DNA of 64,000 bases from Candidatus Atelocyanobacterium thalassae (GTDB lineage: Bacteria > Cyanobacteriota > Cyanobacteriia > Cyanobacteriales > Microcystaceae), in assembly GCA_051971635.1 (NCBI GenBank), contig JBFPLN010000001.1, positions 297,972 to 361,971 of the forward strand. Direction: 5' to 3'. Positions 1 through 10,576 of the stretch are shown piece by piece. Position numbers and translations under genes: made by a program. The notes beneath the pieces are model-generated. The model did not search any database. It was given only the letters and a program-made list of their open reading frames with translations, and had not been told where the DNA came from. How positions within the stretch are numbered: position 1 is the first letter of the stretch; the number at the start of each line of letters is the position of its first letter.

Positions 1-393
1 CGCTGTTAAAGAAGATGAAATGCAAGTAATAATTTCTTCACGATTAATGCATAGATTTTCTAATGCAAATGCTATTTCATTAGTAACTGACGTTGATACT
101 AATTGAGTTTCTGGATCCTCAAAAACAGATCCAATATAACGAGATAAGTGACTTACTGGGTATTTTAGAGTATCTAAGCCTGCTATTTTAATATATCCAA
201 AAAAACGACCTCCATAAAATTGTGGAATTATTCCATTTAATGCTAAACATAACGTTGTTTTTCCAGATCCAGTAGGACCTATGATTCCTAAAAACTCTCC
301 CTTACGAATATTTAAAGAGATGTTTTTAAGAATAGGTTTTTGAGAATTAGGATAAAAATAAGAGACTTTATCTAAACTGGCTATTATTTCCAT
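1..393 (-). CDS. ECF/ABC transporter ATP-binding subunit (EcfA/CbiO-like), runs off the left edge
   Basis: Hand translation from ATG at 393: MEIIASLDKVSYFYPNSQKPILKNISLNIRKGEFLGIIGPTGSGKTTLCLALNGIIPQFYGG...VFEDPETQL...NEIAFALENL. Walker A and EcfA-type Q-loop region; starts 6 bp after the 400..1179 membrane gene. Not in the ORF track. Confidence 0.9.
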   Translation of the reverse strand, partial: MEIIASLDKVSYFYPNSQKPILKNISLNIRKGEFLGIIGPTGSGKTTLCLALNGIIPQFYGGRFFGYIKIAGLDTLKYPVSHLSRYIGSVFEDPETQLVSTSVTNEIAFALENLCINREEIITCISSSLTA

Positions 394-399
394 AATAGT

Positions 400-1179
400 T
401 TAATAAATTGCTGCTTGAGGTTTGATAATACCAATAGCTCGTAAACCGTAAATGACACGGACACCTATAAAAGTTCCTACTAAAGAACGAATTAGATTTT
501 CTAGAGGCATTATCGGAATCAAAAAGATCCATACTTTTTCTGGCCAATTAAATATGTTATAGGTAATAAAAACTTGGCTTAAATGATAAAGACCACTAAT
601 TGTCCAGCTGCCAAAAAACAAACCTAATGATACTAAATATAAGTTTTTACTATTAATCCATTTTGCAAACAGTGTACGAGTAGGCAAAATAAAAAATAGC
701 AAACCTGACCAATCAATTAAAGAACCTTTAATAATTATAGACATCGAAACTCCGTTATCCAAGGCGCGAGACACATATAAGAATAAGATAATAGTAAAAA
801 AAATTGCTATTCCAACCCACCAATATCGACGATGTCTACCTATAGTCATGGTACCTGCTGTGAAGCTAGAAATTATTGCTCCAAAGATAGAAATAGGAGG
901 TATCCCTGCAGTATGTGGAGCTAAAAACACACCCATCAAAGTTCCTATTCCACTGGCTACTGCACCACCGAATGGCCCTAATATCCAACCTAAAAGCGGA
1001 AATATACCTTGGCTTAAAGGAAAAATTCCTCCAGCTCCTATGGTAATCGAGAATGGAATAAAATTTAAAACTGTTACAACTGTGGACATTACCATTATAT
1101 GGTTTAGTGGAGTTCCATCTAAAGCAGCACTTCCGAGAGATTTTATTTCTCTTTCTTCGCCTTGAAGTTCTATTTTCAT
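400..1179 (-). CDS. ECF transporter S-component-like integral membrane protein
   Basis: Multi-TM protein with 'LGWILGPFGGAVASGIGTLMG', typical of ECF S components; directly upstream of an EcfA-like ATPase. Confidence 0.7.
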   Translation of the reverse strand: MKIELQGEEREIKSLGSAALDGTPLNHIMVMSTVVTVLNFIPFSITIGAGGIFPLSQGIFPLLGWILGPFGGAVASGIGTLMGVFLAPHTAGIPPISIFGAIISSFTAGTMTIGRHRRYWWVGIAIFFTIILFLYVSRALDNGVSMSIIIKGSLIDWSGLLFFILPTRTLFAKWINSKNLYLVSLGLFFGSWTISGLYHLSQVFITYNIFNWPEKVWIFLIPIMPLENLIRSLVGTFIGVRVIYGLRAIGIIKPQAAIY

Positions 1180-1428
1180 AATGGTTAGTAAGTATAAATT
1201 TTTAGTTCAAAAAATTTTGTTAGCTGAAAAATAAAAAATTATAATACTGAAAAAATTTATTAGAACAGTATATAAAAATGCCAATTTAGCATTCCTTGCT
1301 AAAATGTATTATGGTTAACAGTTAATTACCAGATCTTTTTAAGACCTTAGATTTGTTTCTACTATTAAATTGCTATTTTTGATAAAAGTAAATCTAAAAG
1401 GAAAAATCTGTTAATAATATATGTACTC

Positions 1429-2037
1429 TTACAGAGAATCAAAACGGCAGTCTCTGAGCCAGAGACGTATCCCTTCGCCGACTGCGCTATTGATAGAATT
1501 GCGAGAAGGTAAAGGTAATGAATTACCTTTACCTATATTAGCTAGCCTTGAAGAGAGAGATATTAATCTCCAACCATCATCTCCTTTTGATAAAAATATT
1601 CTATAGTGATTTTGTAGAAGAAAAACTTCTTTGTTGCTATAACGTCGCTCTAAAGTTGTAAAAAATGCTTGCTTTGTATTATTTGGAAGTAGAGACTTAT
1701 ACTGAAGGTTCGTTAACGGTAAAGGCTCCAGCTCGGGTTTTCCTGCTAAAATAATATAACTATATGTATCTACATTACTATTCCTTCTCGTTCTTTGCAT
1801 TATGCGATTTGCATAACTAGGCAGATCATATAATAACTGTGTTATTAATACTTCGAAGCTACTTGGACAATTTTTCTTAACTGTATTAATAAATAAATAC
1901 TTATCATTTGTTGTTTTACGCAAATTTTTAGGTTTGTGTACTTCTATAGTAGCAGAAGTTATGGGGATAAATATCATGCTAAAAATGCCTAGAAAATAGC
2001 ATTTTAATATAAATAAAGTTTTAATTTTCGATATCAT
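1429..2037 (-). CDS. Conserved cyanobacterial hypothetical protein, probably exported
   Basis: ORF track 1429..2061; ATG at 2037 preferred over TTG. Motifs 'LLYDLPSYANR', 'FFTTLERRY', 'GEGIRLWLRDCR'; hydrophobic N-terminus. Confidence 0.7.
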   Translation of the reverse strand: MISKIKTLFILKCYFLGIFSMIFIPITSATIEVHKPKNLRKTTNDKYLFINTVKKNCPSSFEVLITQLLYDLPSYANRIMQRTRRNSNVDTYSYIILAGKPELEPLPLTNLQYKSLLPNNTKQAFFTTLERRYSNKEVFLLQNHYRIFLSKGDDGWRLISLSSRLANIGKGNSLPLPSRNSINSAVGEGIRLWLRDCRFDSL

Positions 2038-2719
2038 TAATAATGCGGTTCCATGCTTCAATTGGATTATTATCCATAGTTATTGGTCGTCCAATAACTA
2101 AATAATCTGCACCTGCTTCTAAGGTCTGTTTAGGCTCCATTACTCTTTTTTGATCTTTAGACTGGGACCAAGAAGGTCTTACTCCTGGACAAACTAATAT
2201 AAAGTTTTCTCCACATTTCTGCCTTAATTGAGAAACTTCATGAGGAGAACATACTGCCCCATCAATACCTATTTTTTTAGCTAATAGAGCCATGTGCAAA
2301 GCATACTTTTCTAATTCTATAGAAATTTTCAGATCTTGTTTAAGCTCTTTTGAGTTTAAGCTTGTTAGAAGTGTTACTGCTAATATTTTAGTCGTAGAAG
2401 AACTATTAGCAACAGCTTTAGTCGCAGATTCCATAGCTTTTTGGCCAGCAGCAGCATGAATAGTTATTAAATCTACTCCATAGTTACTAGCAGCTTTACA
2501 TGCTCCAGCTATAGTATTGGGAATATCGTGAAATTTTAAGTCTAAGAAAATTCTTTTTTTCCTATTTTTGAGTAGACTAAATATTTCTGGTCCTAGAGCT
2601 ACAAAAATTTCTAGTCCTACCTTCCAAAAATTTACTTGAGGCAGTTCGTCCAAAAGGGCAACTGCGGCTTTCTTATCAGGGACATCTAATGGAACAATTA
2701 TTTGATTAGTAGAAAACAT
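2021..2719 (-). CDS. pyrF: Orotidine-5'-phosphate decarboxylase
   Basis: 'IFLDLKFHDIPNT', 'PGVRP', 'LVIGRPIT'; ATG at 2719 (track starts at TTG 2734). Confidence 0.97.
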   Translation of the reverse strand: MFSTNQIIVPLDVPDKKAAVALLDELPQVNFWKVGLEIFVALGPEIFSLLKNRKKRIFLDLKFHDIPNTIAGACKAASNYGVDLITIHAAAGQKAMESATKAVANSSSTTKILAVTLLTSLNSKELKQDLKISIELEKYALHMALLAKKIGIDGAVCSPHEVSQLRQKCGENFILVCPGVRPSWSQSKDQKRVMEPKQTLEAGADYLVIGRPITMDNNPIEAWNRIINDIEN

Positions 2720-3102
2720 TGAAAAAGGTATCAAATTATTGAATTATACTAAATATAAGAATTAATCTCGCAAAAATGTATTATTGGTAATTAATATTTA
2801 TCTTTAGAATTATTTGTAAAAGTATAACAAAGCCAATAACATATAACAGTATATACTTATGGACTGACTTTTATAAGTGCATCCTATAGCCTGATAAAGT
2901 ATAGCAGACATATTTAAAATCAATGTATAAATAAAAGTTTAAATGTAGATTACTGATTAAAAATATCTATTCAATCTGAACTACTGTTAAAGAAGTTTTA
3001 TATAATTTTTCTTTTCTATGTAACCGCTTTACGATTAGTTACTTCTATACAAGAAATTAGTTCAATAATTAAACTTTTTATCAAGTTAACATAATATATA
3101 GC

Positions 3103-3579
3103 ATGCACCATGTATCTATTCGTACAGCTAATATCCATAAAGCAATAACTTTTTATGAGATTCTGGGTTTTACTATCCAAAATCGCTTTACCACAGGTTA
3201 TACTCTAGCATGCTGGATGCAAGGATTGGGAGGAAGAATTGAATTGATTGAGATTCCTGAACCTAAAATAGCTCCAAATATTTTCCAAGATAGTCATTAT
3301 GTTGGTTACTACCATATATCTTTTGATTTGACTGACCATACTTCAGATCTATCTATGTGGTTAGATAAATTAAAAATTAATTTTTCTAAATATGAATATG
3401 CTGAAAATAATCTTAATAATTCTTCATTTCCAATTATTTTACTTGAACCTCAGAAGCAGATGATTGGCGATAAGCTTTATGAAATAGCATTTATTCAAGA
3501 TCAAGACGGATTACCATTAGAATTTATTAGAATTTTAGATAATGATAGTTATGGTCAGGAATTAAATACTGGCTTTTAA
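3103..3579 (+). CDS. VOC/glyoxalase family protein
   Basis: 'MHHVSIRT', 'GYYHISFD', 'FIQDQDGLPLEFI' metal-binding VOC motifs. Confidence 0.85.
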   Translation: MHHVSIRTANIHKAITFYEILGFTIQNRFTTGYTLACWMQGLGGRIELIEIPEPKIAPNIFQDSHYVGYYHISFDLTDHTSDLSMWLDKLKINFSKYEYAENNLNNSSFPIILLEPQKQMIGDKLYEIAFIQDQDGLPLEFIRILDNDSYGQELNTGF

Positions 3580-3637
3580 CCTAGCGACTCTTTGATGTGA
3601 AAGAAATGTTAAAAAATCTATTTTTTTTCACAATATA

Positions 3638-3690
3638 AAAATACTATCAAACTATTCCTGTCTAAACAAAAACTCATTTGATAGTATTTT
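3638..3690. terminator. Inverted repeat between convergent VOC gene and coxC
   Basis: AAAATACTATCAAA (3638-3651) / TTTGATAGTATTTT (3677-3690), 14-bp perfect arms. Confidence 0.5.
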
Positions 3691-3699
3691 AAATAGAAT

Positions 3700-4287
3700 T
3701 TAAAGCAAATAAACTAATACAAAAAGAATAATCCAAACTACATCGACAAAATGCCAATAAATTTCTGCTGCCTCAACACCAAAATAAGATTCACTTGTAT
3801 AGTGCCCTTCTTTAGAAGAACGCCACAAAACTGCTAATATCAATAACAGACCGAAAGATACATGTAATCCATGAAATCCTGTTAAAACATAAAAACAACT
3901 AGCAAATAAATTTGTAGTTAATCCCATTTCTAAGTGAAAATACTCATACATTTGACCGGCAAGAAAGATAAAACCCATCAAAGCTGTTATTCCGAACCAA
4001 AGCCTTAATCTAGAAACATCGTTTTTCTTAATAGCAGCCTGTCCTTTATGCATAACAAAACTACTAGAAACTAAAATGATGGTATTAATTCCGGGTAGTA
4101 GAAGTTCTAATTCTGGCGTTCCTGTAGGTGGCCAAACAGGCATCACAGTTTTGTAAACTAAGAATGCACTAAATAGTCCTAGGAAAATGGAACTTTCTGC
4201 TATTAAGAATAAGACTAAACCGAATAATCTATGATCATGATGAACATGATTAGTCTCATGAGATTTTTGAATTGCTGAACCTTGCAT
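3700..4287 (-). CDS. coxC: Cytochrome c oxidase subunit III
   Basis: 'FYVLTGFHGLHV', 'YWHFVDVVW'; third gene of coxBAC. Confidence 0.96.
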   Translation of the reverse strand: MQGSAIQKSHETNHVHHDHRLFGLVLFLIAESSIFLGLFSAFLVYKTVMPVWPPTGTPELELLLPGINTIILVSSSFVMHKGQAAIKKNDVSRLRLWFGITALMGFIFLAGQMYEYFHLEMGLTTNLFASCFYVLTGFHGLHVSFGLLLILAVLWRSSKEGHYTSESYFGVEAAEIYWHFVDVVWIILFVLVYLL

Positions 4288-4407
4288 AACAAATTAAATG
4301 TTGAAATGATTTAATGAAGAGCATAAATAAATGGGAAATGGCAAAGTTGTGTTTCTCTACTACATTTCCCTATGGGCTATCTTTCATAAGAAAGATAGAA
4401 ATACGAC

Positions 4408-6075
4408 TTATTTAGAGTTAGAACCTGTTTCAGTAAGGGTATCTCCAAAAACCTTCTCAAAATCGAATTCTTCAGAGTTTAATCCATAATCATATGGACC
4501 TGCCCATAGGACTGGTTCTCCATCAAAATTTTCAATTGCTGGAGGAGATGATGTCTGCCATTCTAAGGTATACGCTCTCCAAGGATTACGGCTAACTTTT
4601 TCACCGTTTAATAAACTAAGGAATATATTTATAACAAAAGGTAAAGTTGACAGGCCAAGTATATAAGCTCCTATAGTTGCAACCTGATTCAAAGGCTGAA
4701 ATTGAACATCATATAGTGCTATACGACGATTCATTCCTAATAATCCCAATTCATGCATTGGCATAAATGTGATATTTAATCCTATGAATAATAAAGCAAA
4801 ATGGACTTTTCCAAGAAACTCATTAAACATCTTACCTGTCATTTTTGGGAACCAATGGTAAAATCCTGCAAATAATCCCATGGATGCTCCTCCAAAGAGG
4901 ACATAGTGAAAATGAGCTACCACAAAATAAGTATCATGGACATGAATGTCAAAGGGAACTGAAGATAACATAACTCCAGTTAATCCACCTAAAGTGAAGA
5001 TAGTGAGAAATCCGAATCCGAAGAGAAAGGGAGTATTTAGGTTTATTTTCCCTCCCCAAATAGTTGCGACCCAACCAAATACCTTAATACCTGTGGGGAT
5101 AGCAATTAACATCGTAGCAGCCATGAAAAATATTCTTAACCATCCAGGTATTCCACTAGTAAACATATGGTGTGCCCAAACAATTAGACCAAGAAAACTA
5201 ATTCCTAAACTAGAGTAAGCGATAGCACGATAGCCAAAAATAGGTTTCCTTACATGAACAGGTAAAACTTCAGAAATAACCCCAAAAAAGGGTAAAATCA
5301 TAATGTAGACTGCTGGATGTGAGTAAAACCAAAACATATGTTGATACAGTACTGGATCTCCACCACCTGCAGGATTAAAAAAGCTAGTTCCAGCAATTAA
5401 ATCAAAAGATAAAAGAACTAATGCTGCAGCTAAAACAGGAGTAGACAATAAAATCAAAGTAGAGGTTGCCAACATAGACCAACAAAATAATGGCATGCTA
5501 TGCAAGTCCATCTCTTTGATTCGCATTTTTAATATAGTGGTTAAAAAATTTATAGATCCTAGAATCGAAGAGGTTCCTATTAATAGAACACTTAAGATCC
5601 AGATTTCTTCACCCCATATTCCACTAACTAAACTTAATGGTGGATAAGAAGTCCATCCAGCTTGTGCGGCTCCACCATCAACAAAAAAGCTTAGTAATAA
5701 CAGAATGCCTCCTGGTGGTGTTAACCAGAAAGCTACTGCATTAAGAGTAGGAAAAGCCATGTCTTCAGCCCCAATCATTAAAGGGATTAAATAATTGGCA
5801 TAAGCTGCTCCTGCAGGTACGATCCACAAAAAGATCATAATCGTACCATGCATGGTTAAAACTTGGTTATACAAGAAAGGAGTTACAAAATCAGGATCAG
5901 GAGTAGCTAATTCTATTCTAAGAACTTCAGCAAGAGCTCCACCTATAAAATAAAAAAGAAAGGATGTGACTAGATACTGAATTCCAATAACCTTGTGATC
6001 TGTACAAAAGGTAAAGTAATCTGTCCATTTCCTTTGTTGATGTTCTGTTTGGGTTGATTCGATGATGGTTGTCAT
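4408..6075 (-). CDS. coxA: Cytochrome c oxidase subunit I (aa3 type)
   Basis: 'TDHKVIG', 'WFYSHPAVY', 'VWAHHMF', 'AHFHYV' heme/CuB ligands. Confidence 0.98.
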   Translation of the reverse strand: MTTIIESTQTEHQQRKWTDYFTFCTDHKVIGIQYLVTSFLFYFIGGALAEVLRIELATPDPDFVTPFLYNQVLTMHGTIMIFLWIVPAGAAYANYLIPLMIGAEDMAFPTLNAVAFWLTPPGGILLLLSFFVDGGAAQAGWTSYPPLSLVSGIWGEEIWILSVLLIGTSSILGSINFLTTILKMRIKEMDLHSMPLFCWSMLATSTLILLSTPVLAAALVLLSFDLIAGTSFFNPAGGGDPVLYQHMFWFYSHPAVYIMILPFFGVISEVLPVHVRKPIFGYRAIAYSSLGISFLGLIVWAHHMFTSGIPGWLRIFFMAATMLIAIPTGIKVFGWVATIWGGKINLNTPFLFGFGFLTIFTLGGLTGVMLSSVPFDIHVHDTYFVVAHFHYVLFGGASMGLFAGFYHWFPKMTGKMFNEFLGKVHFALLFIGLNITFMPMHELGLLGMNRRIALYDVQFQPLNQVATIGAYILGLSTLPFVINIFLSLLNGEKVSRNPWRAYTLEWQTSSPPAIENFDGEPVLWAGPYDYGLNSEEFDFEKVFGDTLTETGSNSK

Positions 6076-6149
6076 AGAATTTTAATCAATAAATTAAGCT
6101 AAACCTAGATAAAGGATTACAAATAAGATTCCGAGTCAAGATTTTAATC

Positions 6150-7088
6150 TTAAGAGTCGTGATGAGGATAATTATTAAGTAGCTCAGCCACAGTATCTTT
6201 CTCTGTACTTATATTCTCAGTATAAGGAGTTAGAAATTTTTCGTTAGGAGAATTATTGTCAATAGTTAAAGTTTTCTCAAGACGTGCTTCTTGAACAGGT
6301 TTGTTGGACTTTAGCCATTCATCATAAGCATTTTGACTATCAACATGAAGAACAGATTTCATGCCTCCATGATAAGGACCACATAGTTCCGCACAAACAA
6401 TAGGATAATCTCCTTCAAGTTTAGGAATGAAAGAAATAATACTTTGACGTCCTGGGATAGTATCTTGTTTTAAGCGTAACTGAGGTACCCAAAAAGCATG
6501 AAGTACATCTTTCGCAGTCATATTGAGTTGAACTGGACGATTATTAGGAACATGAAGTTCACCAGATACAATACCTGTTTCTGGATACGTAAAAAGCCAA
6601 GCATATTGCATAGCTTTAACATCTACCAATAAAGCATCTTTTCCAAATGACTTTCCAATTCCTAGAGCTACCTGATCATCAGGACTATTTATTGCTATTT
6701 GTTGAGGGGGATAGTTTTTAGTATTAACAGGATCCAGACCTCCAAGCTTGTTATAAGTTTGAAAACTATAAAAAGCAAGAACAAAAACAATCAATACAGG
6801 AATGGTTGTCCATACTATTTCTAAAGCAACATTTCCTTCAATATGAGGTCCATCACTAGTATCTCCTTTCCGACGACGAAATTTGAAAAGACTATAAACT
6901 AAAGCCCCTTCCACCAAGAGGAAAAGTCCTGTAGCAATAGTCATCATAAAATTAAATAATTTATCCACTTCTTCTGCATTTTCAGAAGCGGCTACTGGCA
7001 TTAATCCATGATTTTGACCATACCAGAGACTGATTAATGTGATAAGAACACCAGCTATAAGGGTGATAATACTACTTGGGATGTTCAC
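6150..7088 (-). CDS. coxB: Cytochrome c oxidase subunit II
   Basis: CuA ligands 'DVLHAFW' and 'CAELCGPYHGGM'; GTG start. Confidence 0.97.
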   Translation of the reverse strand: MNIPSSIITLIAGVLITLISLWYGQNHGLMPVAASENAEEVDKLFNFMMTIATGLFLLVEGALVYSLFKFRRRKGDTSDGPHIEGNVALEIVWTTIPVLIVFVLAFYSFQTYNKLGGLDPVNTKNYPPQQIAINSPDDQVALGIGKSFGKDALLVDVKAMQYAWLFTYPETGIVSGELHVPNNRPVQLNMTAKDVLHAFWVPQLRLKQDTIPGRQSIISFIPKLEGDYPIVCAELCGPYHGGMKSVLHVDSQNAYDEWLKSNKPVQEARLEKTLTIDNNSPNEKFLTPYTENISTEKDTVAELLNNYPHHDS

Positions 7089-7449
7089 GGCTATTAAATA
7101 AATTAGACGATTACCTATTTAATAAGATTAAAGCTAAGTCTTTAAAAAAATTGTTTTTTTACAACATATCTACTAATCTTTTTTATTTCTTTAGGATCTA
7201 ATTAAGTTATGACCCATATGATTTAGGAAGATACAACTAGATATAATTACTAACTTTTTTGCAAAAGAATATTTAAATAAATATTTCATATACTGTATTC
7301 TATGATTAAATAGCAAAGAGAAATCTTGCATTAGAATTAACAAATTAAATTTGTTTTAAAAAATTAGAAATAATTTTAGTTATAGCTAATATTCTTTAAA
7401 GCATAATTTGAGAATTTTTTCATTTATTATTGTCTTCATTGTTTAAAAT

Positions 7450-8214
7450 ATGGAAACTCAACAACATAAATTTAACTTAATTACTAATATTACTGGAGAG
7501 CCTTATCAACCAGCTAGACTATACTATAAAGTATCTAATAAGGAATCAGTTTTAAATATTTTTCGTAAATTACAATGTTTAGAGTTTCATTCTTCAAGTG
7601 ATCGCTGGTATTGGTTTTATTCTGAAGAGGCAAAAAAAATTCGATTCGAAAAATCTCATAACAAAATTTCTAAGGAAAATGGTAATGTTTCTTTAGGATA
7701 TTTTATTTTTCTGAATGATCAGACAATGATCCTAGAAGTTCGTTCTTTTCAAAGAGTGATAGCAGCGATAAACTTTTTTAGAACCAGACTTAATTGGCGT
7801 ATAGGAGAACCGGTCAAATTACGTTTAGTAAATAAATTATTTAGTTGTTCACCTGAAGAAAATCCTCAGCCGCCTAGTTCCTTTTCAGACTTTTTTGATC
7901 AAGACAGCGATAATATAGTTACACATAATCCTGAAGATTTAGCTAAAGAGATAGAACTTATAAGTAGTCAACATACAACTGAAGTAGAAAAAGATGAAGC
8001 AATTGCTAGTTATATGGAAAATAAGTCTAAACATCCTTTATCTGAAATTGAAGAAATCACAGTTAATATTCATAATCATGGATTATCAATTTTAGAAATG
8101 GCATTAAAAATGAGACAAATTGAGGCTTGGGAACATTGGCAAGGTAATCAACATTTTACTCAATATGATTTAATTCAAAAGATACTGAAACATATACCAA
8201 GCAATGATTCTTAA
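7450..8214 (+). CDS. Hypothetical protein (soluble, acidic C-terminal half)
   Basis: 254-aa ORF with protein-like composition followed by a strong hairpin; no family recognised. Confidence 0.7.
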   Translation: METQQHKFNLITNITGEPYQPARLYYKVSNKESVLNIFRKLQCLEFHSSSDRWYWFYSEEAKKIRFEKSHNKISKENGNVSLGYFIFLNDQTMILEVRSFQRVIAAINFFRTRLNWRIGEPVKLRLVNKLFSCSPEENPQPPSSFSDFFDQDSDNIVTHNPEDLAKEIELISSQHTTEVEKDEAIASYMENKSKHPLSEIEEITVNIHNHGLSILEMALKMRQIEAWEHWQGNQHFTQYDLIQKILKHIPSNDS

Positions 8215-8216
8215 AA

Positions 8217-8262
8217 AGTGATAATAGATTAAAAATATAAATACTTTTAATCTATTATCACT
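8217..8262 (+). terminator. 18-bp perfect hairpin after 7450..8214
   Basis: AGTGATAATAGATTAAAA (8217-8234) / TTTTAATCTATTATCACT (8245-8262). Confidence 0.65.
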
Positions 8263-8364
8263 ATATATATGTGTTAACCATGACATAATAAAGGAATAAT
8301 TTTCACGATAAACGGTTAAGTAGTTCCTATTTAATCGTATAAAAATAAATCACACTCTTAATAT

Positions 8365-9720
8365 ATGAGTCAACAAAATAATCTTATTAAGCTAAATATA
8401 GTTGACATAAACAATAATGGTGAAGGCGTAGGTAAGTTTGAAGAAAAAATTATTTTTGTTCCTAATACAGTTACAGGAGACGTTGTCTTAGTACATCTAG
8501 ATTTTATTAAGCGACAATATGCATATGGAAAAGTAAAAGAAATTATTCACTTTTCTCCTTATAGAACTCGTCCGAGCTGTATTGTTGCAGACAAATGTGG
8601 TGGTTGCCAATGGCAACATATTTCTTCTGAGTATCAGCTTTATATCAAACAGAATAAAGTTATTCAATCTTTAAAAAGAATAGGTGGATTTAAAAATATT
8701 TCTGTTTTACCAATTTTGTCATCACCAGAGATATTTGGTTACCGGAACAAAGCTACCTATCCTCTGAGTTCTTCAAAATCTGGGAATGTGCATGCAGGAT
8801 ACTATCAACGCTATACACATAAATCAATTAATCTTAACCAATGTCCAATACAAGATTCTCGACTAAATCCTTTTTTGGCTGAAATTAAATTAGATATAGA
8901 AAAGCAAGGATGGACTATTTATAATGAACGAACTCATCAGGGACAACTACGCCATTTAGCTTTACGTATTGGCCAAAGTACTGGCGAAATTTTATTAACT
9001 TTAATCAGTACTAGTGGCGATATTGCTAAAATTAAAAAGCAGGCGAAACTATGGTTAGAAAAGTATCCAAATTTGGTTGGAGTTTTGATAAATCAGAACC
9101 CTGAAAAGAGTAATAAGATTTTTGGGAATAAAACTTTAAGTGTTGCTGGAAAGTCTTTTTTAAAAGAAAATTTTTTTAATATTGATTTCAAGCTAAGACC
9201 TGATACATTTTTTCAAGTTAATACCCAGGCTGCAGAAACGCTATTGCATTCTTTATTAGATAATTTAATATTAACTGGTAAAGAGAAAATAGTTGATGCT
9301 TATTGTGGAATTGGCACTTTTACTCTACCCCTTGCAAAAAGAGTTAGTCATGTTACTGGAATCGAAATTAGTTATGATTCTATTGAACAGGCTAAAATGA
9401 ATGCTAAAGTAAACAATATAGATAATGCAGTATTTTACCAAGGTGCAGTAAAAGATATATTACCTTCACTCAATATTTATCCTGACATTGTTTTGTTAGA
9501 TCCTCCGCGAAAAGGTTGCGAAGATAGTGTTATAGAAATATTAAGAAAAGTTTGCCCACCTTTGATAATCTATATAAGTTGTCAACCCTCAACATTAGCT
9601 CGTGATTTAAAAAAAATATGCCATCAAAATTTATATAAGATTTTATGGATACAACCAGTTGACTTTTTCCCTCAAACACCTCACGTAGAATCAATTGTAG
9701 CAATTAGACGTATAGTTTAA
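8365..9720 (+). CDS. rlmD: 23S rRNA (uracil-5)-methyltransferase RlmD/RumA
   Basis: TRAM N-terminus, Fe-S 'CIVADKCGGCQWQH', 'FFQVN', 'DAYCGIG', 'DPPRKG', 'YISC', 'DFFPQTPHVE'. Confidence 0.93.
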   Translation: MSQQNNLIKLNIVDINNNGEGVGKFEEKIIFVPNTVTGDVVLVHLDFIKRQYAYGKVKEIIHFSPYRTRPSCIVADKCGGCQWQHISSEYQLYIKQNKVIQSLKRIGGFKNISVLPILSSPEIFGYRNKATYPLSSSKSGNVHAGYYQRYTHKSINLNQCPIQDSRLNPFLAEIKLDIEKQGWTIYNERTHQGQLRHLALRIGQSTGEILLTLISTSGDIAKIKKQAKLWLEKYPNLVGVLINQNPEKSNKIFGNKTLSVAGKSFLKENFFNIDFKLRPDTFFQVNTQAAETLLHSLLDNLILTGKEKIVDAYCGIGTFTLPLAKRVSHVTGIEISYDSIEQAKMNAKVNNIDNAVFYQGAVKDILPSLNIYPDIVLLDPPRKGCEDSVIEILRKVCPPLIIYISCQPSTLARDLKKICHQNLYKILWIQPVDFFPQTPHVESIVAIRRIV

Positions 9721-9899
9721 TATAATGTTACATTAGATAAAGTCGGCTTAATAATATTTCTCATATATCAAAATTTATCATTAGATTTATTACTTGAAAG
9801 ACTAGTAAATCTAAGTTGAAGAAAATAAACAATTACTGAGAAGATTACGATTAGCTAAGGGTTAAATTTCGTAACATATTATTCAAGAGGTGACAGCAG

Positions 9900-10391
9900 A
9901 TGGTTGCTATTTCCCTACCGCCAACAAAGCGATATGGTCGTACAATGAGCTTCACATCAACGTTATATCTATTCCCAATTCTTGACTTATTATTAACTGA
10001 AGTTCCAGACGAATTGAGGCCAGAAATAAGATTAGGCTTACAAGAAGCACTCGTTAATGCAGCAAAACATGGCAATAAACTTGATCCATCAAAATTTATT
10101 GTTGTTCAATTTTTTATAAATGAAAATGATGGATACTCATGGATAATATCTGATCAAGGAGTAGGGTTCACTTCTCATAATAACTATAAAGAATGTACGA
10201 AGAAAGGGTTCCCTTCCGATGATTCTGAAAATGGCAGAGGCTTTTATGTACTTAATGAAGTTTTTGACCAAGTCCATTGGGATCAAAAAAATACTCAATT
10301 AAGATTATCTAAACATATCAAAAAAATTAAAACAACAACTTTTTCTTTTTTTACGTTGTTTTTAAATGAGTTTAGATTAAAAATTTATTAG
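9900..10391 (+). CDS. pmgA: PmgA-like anti-sigma/RsbW-type ATP-binding regulator
   Basis: 'STLYLFPILDLLL', 'RLGLQEALVNAAKHGN', 'DQGVGF', 'ENGRG' HATPase_c motifs matching the cyanobacterial PmgA family. Confidence 0.8.
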   Translation: MVAISLPPTKRYGRTMSFTSTLYLFPILDLLLTEVPDELRPEIRLGLQEALVNAAKHGNKLDPSKFIVVQFFINENDGYSWIISDQGVGFTSHNNYKECTKKGFPSDDSENGRGFYVLNEVFDQVHWDQKNTQLRLSKHIKKIKTTTFSFFTLFLNEFRLKIY

Positions 10392-10576
10392 TCCAAGAAA
10401 AAATGAGACTATCAATATAAGCTGACCACATATGTTAAATGTTGTAATTTCTCGTTCTGACACTTATACATTAATTACCACTAGTAAATTAATTACCTAA
10501 ATATGGAGCTTGAATCATGATGCTCATACGTTACAATAAAATGATATTAAATTTAAAGATAAGTAAAACTAGTTAA

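Noticed and set aside
1285..1345. GATCTGGTAAT on the minus strand upstream of the ECF genes, resembling part of a TPP riboswitch
   Set aside because: The flanking CTGAGA, ACCTG and GCGNAGGGA elements are missing; only a small TTTAGCA/TGCTAAA hairpin is present.
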